A stretch of DNA of 64,000 nt from Nitrospirota bacterium (GTDB lineage: Bacteria; Nitrospirota; UBA9217). The stretch is from NCBI GenBank assembly GCA_963741205.1, contig CAVUHW010000006.1, positions 64,001 through 128,000 on the forward strand, written 5' to 3'. The notes beneath the pieces are model-generated. The model was not told where the DNA came from. It worked only from the letters and a program-made list of their open reading frames with translations, and ran no database searches. A program made the position numbers and the translations under genes. Shown in pieces: positions 58,198 to 64,000 of the stretch. Every line of letters starts with the position of its first letter. Positions within the stretch are counted from its first letter, which is position 1.

Positions 58198-58292
58198 GTC
58201 CGCAGTTAGCTGCATCCTGTCTTGAGCGATTGTCCAGCATTCGCTCACTCGCACCCTAATTGCCACCAAATCGTACCCCGTAACTGAAGCTT
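58198..58292. repeat. Degenerate tandem copy of the 58077-58195 unit
   Basis: Repeats tgtcttgagcgattgtccag, cgcaccctaa and ccaaatcgtacc with many deletions. Confidence 0.7.
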
Positions 58293-58306
58293 TCCGGGAA
58301 AGGTAA

Positions 58307-59548
58307 TCACAGGAACTCTTCGTAGTAGTCCAGGTCCTTGTGGAATGTCTCTTCCAGGGAGACCAGGGCAAAGAAAGCTGCTGTCACGCAGATGGCCCCG
58401 ACCGCAAGTGCGCCGCCTTCCAGGCCGAGGTGCCGGCGGAATAATTGAAAAAGAAGGGTGATGGGGACCACCATGCCGCGCACGAAGTTGGGGACGGTTG
58501 TGGCGACCGTCGCGCGCAGGTTCGTGCCGAACTGCTCCGCGGCAACAGTCACGAAGATGGCCCAGTAGCCGCTGGCATATCCGAGTACCAGGCACACGCC
58601 GTAGAAAAAGGCCGGGCTCCTGCTCCCCTGCAGGAAGTAGAGGGCGATCCCCCCAATGGTGAGGAGCATGAAGAGAAGGACCACCTTTTTCCTGCTCTTG
58701 AGCAGCTGGCTCAGCAGGCCGCTCGAGAGATCTCCGAAGACGAGCCCCAGGTAGCAGAACATGACCGCGTTCCCGGCGGAGACCGGTCCGGTCGTTCCGA
58801 GCGTTTTGGCGAACTCCGGCGAGAAGGTGATGAGTATCCCGACGACGAACCAGATCGGGACGCCGATCAGGATCGAGTTGAGGTAACGGAAGAAGCGTTT
58901 GCGGTCCGAAAAGAGGGCAAGCATGTTCCCGCGGCTCACGCCCGTCTTCTCGTCCATTGCCTTGAACATGCCCGATTCGGCCACGCTGATCCGGGCGATG
59001 AGCAGAAGGAGCCCGAGCACGCCGCCGATGATGAAGGCGTTCCGCCAGTCATAGGCGTTGGCGATGATGTTCGCGAGGATGGCGCCCGAGACGCCCACGG
59101 AAGCGACGAGCATGGTGCCGTAGCCCCGGACGCTCGTGTGCAGGACCTCGGACACGAGCGTGATCCCCGCCCCGAGCTCGCCGGCAAGGCCTACGCCGGC
59201 GATGAAGCGCAGGGCCGCGTAAGCAGGGAGGGACGCGGCCATCCCGTTCGCCATGTTCGCGATGGAGTAGAGGAAGATCGAGCCGAACATGATTTTCAGC
59301 CGTCCTTTCCGGTCCCCCAGGATGCCCCAGAGGATGCCGCCGATGAGCATGCCCGCCATCTGCATATTGAGGAGAAAGACGCCGGAGTCGATCAGCTCCT
59401 GCCCGGAAAGGCCGAGCGATTTCAGGCTCGGCACCCGCACGATGCTGAAGAGCACCAGGTCGTAGATGTCGACGAAGTAGCCGAGGGCGGCCACGATGAC
59501 AGGCAGGCTGAACACATGGCGGAGATGAGAGACGGTTTTCTGTTCCAC
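58307..59548 (-). CDS. MFS transporter
   Basis: GYFVDIYD, GDRKGR, AGELGAG, EQFGTNLRAT; about 12 TM segments. Confidence 0.9.
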   Translation of the reverse strand: MEQKTVSHLRHVFSLPVIVAALGYFVDIYDLVLFSIVRVPSLKSLGLSGQELIDSGVFLLNMQMAGMLIGGILWGILGDRKGRLKIMFGSIFLYSIANMANGMAASLPAYAALRFIAGVGLAGELGAGITLVSEVLHTSVRGYGTMLVASVGVSGAILANIIANAYDWRNAFIIGGVLGLLLLIARISVAESGMFKAMDEKTGVSRGNMLALFSDRKRFFRYLNSILIGVPIWFVVGILITFSPEFAKTLGTTGPVSAGNAVMFCYLGLVFGDLSSGLLSQLLKSRKKVVLLFMLLTIGGIALYFLQGSRSPAFFYGVCLVLGYASGYWAIFVTVAAEQFGTNLRATVATTVPNFVRGMVVPITLLFQLFRRHLGLEGGALAVGAICVTAAFFALVSLEETFHKDLDYYEEFL

Positions 59549-59605
59549 GGACGTTACCTCGGAGTAACTTTTAAGTCAAATTCATCTAAGAATGGAAAGA
59601 ATATT

Positions 59606-59737
59606 TCTCGCAAAGACGCAAAGTTCGCAAAGAGAGGAAAAAATATTCTTGGGGTTTAAAACCGATGATTAAGGTTTTCTTTGCGCCTTGCGAGCTTTGC
59701 GTGAGACAGCCTTTAGTTCCGGTTTATCCGGGTTAGG
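59606..59737. repeat. CGCAAAG-family inverted repeat plus an adjacent TCCGGTTTATCCGGGTTAGG motif
   Basis: tctcgcaaagacgcaaagttcgcaaag ... ctttgcgccttgcgagctttgcgtgaga. Confidence 0.75.
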
Positions 59738-59739
59738 TA

Positions 59740-60768
59740 TTACCTGTTCGGCTCGATGATGACCTTCATGCAGCCGTCGGGCTGGGCGCCGGTCATGAAT
59801 GCTTCGCCGATCCTGTCGATGCCGAACCGGTGCGTGACCATGTCGGTCACCGTGACCGTGCCGTGCCTGATGAGCTCGAGGGCCTGCATGTTGTCGAGAG
59901 GGGCCGCGCCGTAGCAGGTCTTGATCGTAATATCGTCCCGCCAGAAGGGATTGAAGTCCACGTCCACGGTCTCGCCCGGTTTCGGCACCGCGAAGAACAG
60001 GATCGTGCCGCCGCGCTCGGCCGAGATAAGCGCGGTCCGGGCGGCCGGCAAGCGCGCCTGCGCAAAGGATGACGAGATCCGCCAGCCGTCCGTCATTGAC
60101 CTTTCTGATGAACGCGGGTACGTCTTCATCTGCCGGGATCGCGTGATTCGCCCCGAACTCACGCGCCTTCTCCAGACGGTAGGGGCTTACATCGGTCGCG
60201 ATGATGGTTCCCGCGCCCATGGCCCGGGCCAGCTTGATGAGGAGCAGGCCGGCAACGCCGCTCCCCGCTACGAAAACGCTCTGGGCGGGTTTCAGTCCCG
60301 CCGTCCGGAGCGCCCTGACCGCCGTTCCCAGGGGTTCGATGAAGGTCGCCTGCTCGAAACTCATCGGATTCGGGAAGCTTGAAGGTCCCTGTTTCGACGC
60401 TTCTGCCCGTTACACGCAGGAGTTGGGAAAACCCGCCGGGATCGAAATTGTTGACGGTCTGGAACGTGGTGCAGGCGGTTTCGTGCCCGGTGAGGCAGTG
60501 GTGGCAGGAATTGCAGGGAACGTGGTGGGTGACAAAGACGCGGTCTCCGGGTTTGACGGAGCGCACCAGTTTTCCGGTTTCGACAACGACGCCGGCCGGT
60601 TCGTGACCCAATACCAGCGGCGCCCGTTTGATGCGGTACCACTCCAAAAGGTCCGATCCGCACAGGCCGCAGGCCATGACCTTGACCAGGATGTCGCGGT
60701 CGCCTGGTTGGCGCTGGGCGCTCTTCGACCCGGACATCGCTGTTACGGTAATAGACTCCGACCTTCAT
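59740..60768 (-). CDS. Zinc-dependent (MDR) alcohol/sugar-alcohol dehydrogenase (several frameshifts)
   Basis: CGSD, GHEPAG, CNSCHHC..C, EPLG, GSGVAG, VTHRF. Confidence 0.85.
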
Positions 60769-60772
60769 CGAA

Positions 60773-60852
60773 CCCCCTCACCTCAGCCCTCTCCCACCGG
60801 GGAGAGGGGGTTGGTGTAGCCCCTCCTCGATGGGAGGGGTTGGGGAGGGTGA
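60773..60852. repeat. CCCTCTCCC-family paired palindromes between lsrF and the dehydrogenase
   Basis: ccccctcacctcagccctctcccaccggggagagggg ... cccctcctcgatgggaggggttggggagggtga. Confidence 0.75.
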
Positions 60853-60866
60853 CGGTGCCTGATCCT

Positions 60867-61742
60867 TCATTTCTTCTTCATGTCCTGATAATACTCGTAC
60901 GCTTCCTTCACGCTCGCGCCGTCATGCACGACCTTGCGGACGGCCCCGATCATGGCGACCGGGGCATCGGACTGGAAGATGTTCCTGCCCATGTCCACGC
61001 CGGAGGCGCCCTGGTTTATCGCGTCATGCGCCATCTGCAGGGCTTCTTTTTCGGGAAGTTTTTTCCCGCCCGCAATCACGATCGGCACGGGGCAGGCCGC
61101 GGCCACCTGCTCGAACCCCGGGACATGGTAGGTCTTTACGAAAGAGGCCCCGAGTTCCGCCAGGATGCGCGTTGCGAGGCTGATGTAGCGGATATCGCGC
61201 GTAAGCTCCTTGCCCACCGCCGTGACGCCGAGTACCGGCATGCCGTAGCGCATGCCACTGTCCACAAGCCGGGTCATATTGTTCACGGACTGGGTCTCGA
61301 ATTCTCCGCCGATGAAGACCTGGACCGCGACAGCGGATACATTCATGCGGAGCGCATCTTCCATGTCCACTGCGATCTGCTCATTGGAGAGTTCCTTGAG
61401 GACGCTCGGGCCCCCGCTTGCGCGCATGACCACCGCGTTGGTCACCGACGGCTCGATGACGGAGCGCAGGATGCCGCGCGTCAGCATCAGGGCGTCCGCG
61501 TAGGGGATGAGCGGACGGATCGTGACGTCGACCCGCTCGAGCCCGGTCGTGGGACCCTGGAAATATCCGTGGTCGAACGCCAGCATCACGGTCTTCCCGG
61601 ATTTTGGATTAAAAATACGGGCAAGCCTGTTTCTCATGCCCCAGTCATAGCCGTTCGATCCTTTGAGGAAAAAGGCCTCGCTCTTTTGAGGAATGTCGAT
61701 ATGGTAGTTTTTTTCTTTTTTCGAAAAGTCCTGCTCTGCCAT
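60867..61742 (-). CDS. lsrF: LsrF-like thiolase (DhnA/class I aldolase family)
   Basis: [48 protein letters not shown]. Confidence 0.88.
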   Translation of the reverse strand: MAEQDFSKKEKNYHIDIPQKSEAFFLKGSNGYDWGMRNRLARIFNPKSGKTVMLAFDHGYFQGPTTGLERVDVTIRPLIPYADALMLTRGILRSVIEPSVTNAVVMRASGGPSVLKELSNEQIAVDMEDALRMNVSAVAVQVFIGGEFETQSVNNMTRLVDSGMRYGMPVLGVTAVGKELTRDIRYISLATRILAELGASFVKTYHVPGFEQVAAACPVPIVIAGGKKLPEKEALQMAHDAINQGASGVDMGRNIFQSDAPVAMIGAVRKVVHDGASVKEAYEYYQDMKKK

Positions 61743-62079
61743 CGGAAAACCTCCTGGGGGCCGCCTGAGCTGTTGAAGGATTATAATCTAATGCAAGCAT
61801 CGGGATAAATCAAGGGGAAAATGGCAAAAGGGTGCGGCTCAGCACTTGCAAAAATCATCTAACGGGGTATTATGCACCGTGGACAAATGTGCGACGGAAC
61901 AAACGGAATAAGGTCCCGGGAGATGGAGAAGAGCGAGCCGTGTTTGGTCATTGACCTGAAGCATACCAGGGTCAAGGGCATGGATTATTTTTCCAATGAA
62001 GAGAGACGTATGCTGTCCGAAATACGTCCAAGACGCGGCGGAGATCCTGGAGGAAATGGTGAAGGACCGGCAGTGAGGT

Positions 62080-62295
62080 TCACTTCTGCAGCAGCGACAC
62101 CACCGCCTTCAGAATAAGCAGAACCCAGGGCGTCGCGTGGAGCACAAGGTCGAACCAGTCGATCGGCCTGACGAGTTGACCTTTCATCAGCATCTGCAGC
62201 TTCTCCCAGATATGCGGCGGAGCAAAAGGCGCAAGCCCCAGCGTCAGGCATGCAAGGATAAGAAGACCCCATGGGAGTTTCGCTATAAATTCCAT
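62080..62295 (-). CDS. Small conserved membrane protein
   Basis: LGLAPF..PHIWEKL.ML..G.L.RPIDWFDL..H. Confidence 0.75.
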   Translation of the reverse strand: MEFIAKLPWGLLILACLTLGLAPFAPPHIWEKLQMLMKGQLVRPIDWFDLVLHATPWVLLILKAVVSLLQK

Positions 62296-62377
62296 ATCTT
62301 GGATCTCTTTGATGCACCATACAACCTGCCGGGGAGAATGGACGCGAGGAGGCGAGACGGCGTTGAAGCGTCATGAG

Positions 62378-62638
62378 CTACTTTTTTTCCGCTACGGATT
62401 CCTTCATAATGATCGGGGCAAAACGCGAGCCGATCTCACGAGCCTTGTCCTGGTCGATGAAGAGGGACACTAATTTCTGGACCTTCTCACAGGCGATGGC
62501 AGCGGTGTGTTTTCCCGCAGACCAGTCATCAAGGATTACATCGACACGGTGGAGAAACAAATCACTCACGCCCTTGCCGAGAACCGAGTGGATCTCGTTT
62601 TTCACCTGATCTACCTGCTCCTTGGGCACGGGGCTCAT
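62378..62638 (-). CDS. Hypothetical small helical protein
   Basis: Clean 86-aa ORF whose start overlaps the upstream stop codon by 4 nt. Confidence 0.65.
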   Translation of the reverse strand: MSPVPKEQVDQVKNEIHSVLGKGVSDLFLHRVDVILDDWSAGKHTAAIACEKVQKLVSLFIDQDKAREIGSRFAPIIMKESVAEKK

Positions 62639-62931
62639 AGGCCGATATCCTCAACAATCTTAAAGAACAACTTGATTACTATCACGACGAAGATCGCGCC
62701 CGCAAGAAAAATCACGCCGACAAAAACGTCTTTGATATCCGCAGGCAACAGGCGGAAGAAAGGCGTGGAAAGATACCCTACCGAGAACATCACGATCAAG
62801 GCCGCGAGAAAATTCCATGTTGATCTGACCTTGCCGCCTGGAATTTTATGCCTCAGAACGAATACGCTGTACAAGGCATAGAGCATGACCGCAATCGACG
62901 CTACGCTGAGCAGCAAAAAGAGCATTTCCAT
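62635..62931 (-). CDS. Hypothetical three-TM membrane protein
   Basis: AGGAGG RBS; minus-strand promoter TTGACG-17-TATACT (63013-62985). Confidence 0.7.
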   Translation of the reverse strand: MEMLFLLLSVASIAVMLYALYSVFVLRHKIPGGKVRSTWNFLAALIVMFSVGYLSTPFFRLLPADIKDVFVGVIFLAGAIFVVIVIKLFFKIVEDIGL

Positions 62932-63279
62932 GAAAGCCGGCCTCCTGTCGGGAATAGCAGATATCAAGCCTTTATGTGGCTGAGAGTATAGCATTAAAAT
63001 ATTGCTCCGTCAATAAATTGTAACATCCCGTCATTCTATCATGCATGCAGGGACAGACTCTCAATTTCCCGCCTCAGTATCCATGTTCATGAATCTTTTT
63101 CCCAGACGCAAAGAGTTGACGACCTTTGAGAATAGTTTTTGATTTTTTCCCGGAGGCCGCGTGACCGATCGAAAAATCCCTTTTCAAGTCAGGGGGTGTT
63201 GTGTATACTTGCTCAAGATATATTCCGGATCCGTCAAGGTATTCTTTGTGATCACCCCCCTTGAGATACACTTCATAAC

Positions 63280-63435
63280 CGGCCGTACAACTCCCCGGCA
63301 CTCAAGGCAGCCCATATCGGCATAGCCATGGGAAGCCGGGGAACGACGTAGCGCGAGGTCGCCGCGCTCGGCCGAGCGGCATGCTGTTCGCATTTTTCGT
63401 CCTTCAGGCGGTAGGAGGACATCGGCGCGGCCGAG
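63280..63435 (+). pseudogene. Remnant of a cation-translocating P-type ATPase
   Basis: NSPALKAAHIGIAMGSRG(T)DVAR, with a degenerate FSS..QAV block downstream. Confidence 0.65.
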
Positions 63436-63464
63436 GCGGACAAGGGAGCGGGAAACAAAAAATC

Positions 63465-64000
63465 ATGACGATGACGGTCTTCAGAACTCTTCAAGCGCTC
63501 ATCCTTCCGCCCCGGGGCCCGCTTGCTCCTCGTAGCGGCCGGTTTCGCGGTCAAAATCATATGCCGGGGCTTCGGCAGACTGCTTATTGCCTCGGGGTTC
63601 GCTCTGCTGTACCTCGTCAGCATCAGCCCGGTGAGCGACGCATTAATCAGGCCGCTTGAAAGGGCCTACCCTCCGCTCGACGTCACACGGAAGGCAAAGA
63701 ACGCTGATGCCATCATCGTGCTGGGCGGCGGCGTACGCGACCTCACCTGGCTTGGGCTTGCAGCGGAGCCGTCTGAAATGTCGCTGGAGAGGGTGGTCGC
63801 AGCAGTGCGGCTATCTCACACGGAGCATCTTCCGCTCGTGCTGGTCGGCGGGAACGGAGATGCGTCGAAGACCGGCGTCAGCGAGGCCGAATCCATGGCA
63901 CGCGCAGCAGCGGGTCTCGGAGTGCCCCGCCGCGACCTGATCGTAATCGGGAAGGCGCAGAACACCCTGGAAAGCGCAACGGCCGTAAGGGACAGGCTGA
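63465..64000 (+). CDS. YdcF/DUF218 (ElyC/SanA-like) protein, frameshifted, running off the window end
   Basis: LILPP, RPLE..YP, AIIVLGGG, LER, GG, SEAESMA, NTLESA. Confidence 0.8.

Noticed and set aside
61872-62117. Small + strand ORF opposite lsrF
   Set aside because: Could be a frameshifted hypothetical gene ending near 62076, but there is no motif support.

Overview
Core-genome window from a GC-rich bacterium whose 16S signatures best fit Nitrospirota (inference, not a database result). Many genes are split by single-base indels, often in homopolymers, so the assembly looks like an unpolished long-read consensus. Left to right: an ArsB/NhaD-type permease fused to DUF192; an FmdB zinc ribbon; a TIM-barrel protein; the conserved cluster TPR lipoprotein-lolB-like-ispE-spoVG-tRNA-Gln-prs-rplY-pth-ychF; a nitronate monooxygenase with a truncated dsrE2-like gene; ribF; tyrS; a complete rrn operon (16S-Ile-Ala-23S-5S); a vapC remnant; a liv-type ABC transporter; an O-methyltransferase; a glutamine amidotransferase; a CxxC...RPP small gene ahead of a His/Met-rich ICMT-like membrane protein; a GNAT; an orphan parE/gyrB; a lower-GC archaic (Csu/SCPU) chaperone-usher pilus island; trpEGDCFBA; a CHASE2 adenylate cyclase with a class II phosphodiesterase; accD; MFS transporters; a Tat-exported DUF362 with a polyferredoxin; larB; gpsA; lsrF with a Zn-dehydrogenase; small hypothetical genes; a P-type ATPase remnant; and a partial ydcF. 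The most promising unexplained signals are: (i) a probable DUF2946/CruR-like metal-sensing leader system; (ii) at least seven families of non-coding inverted-repeat modules at operon junctions, including one family in four consecutive trp junctions and heptamer hairpins in the rRNA spacer; (iii) a pilus island with a three-domain Ig+2xSCPU tip protein; (iv) the permease-DUF192 fusion; and (v) an unannotated 25-aa Cys/Lys-rich protein. No CRISPR array, integrase or transposase was seen.
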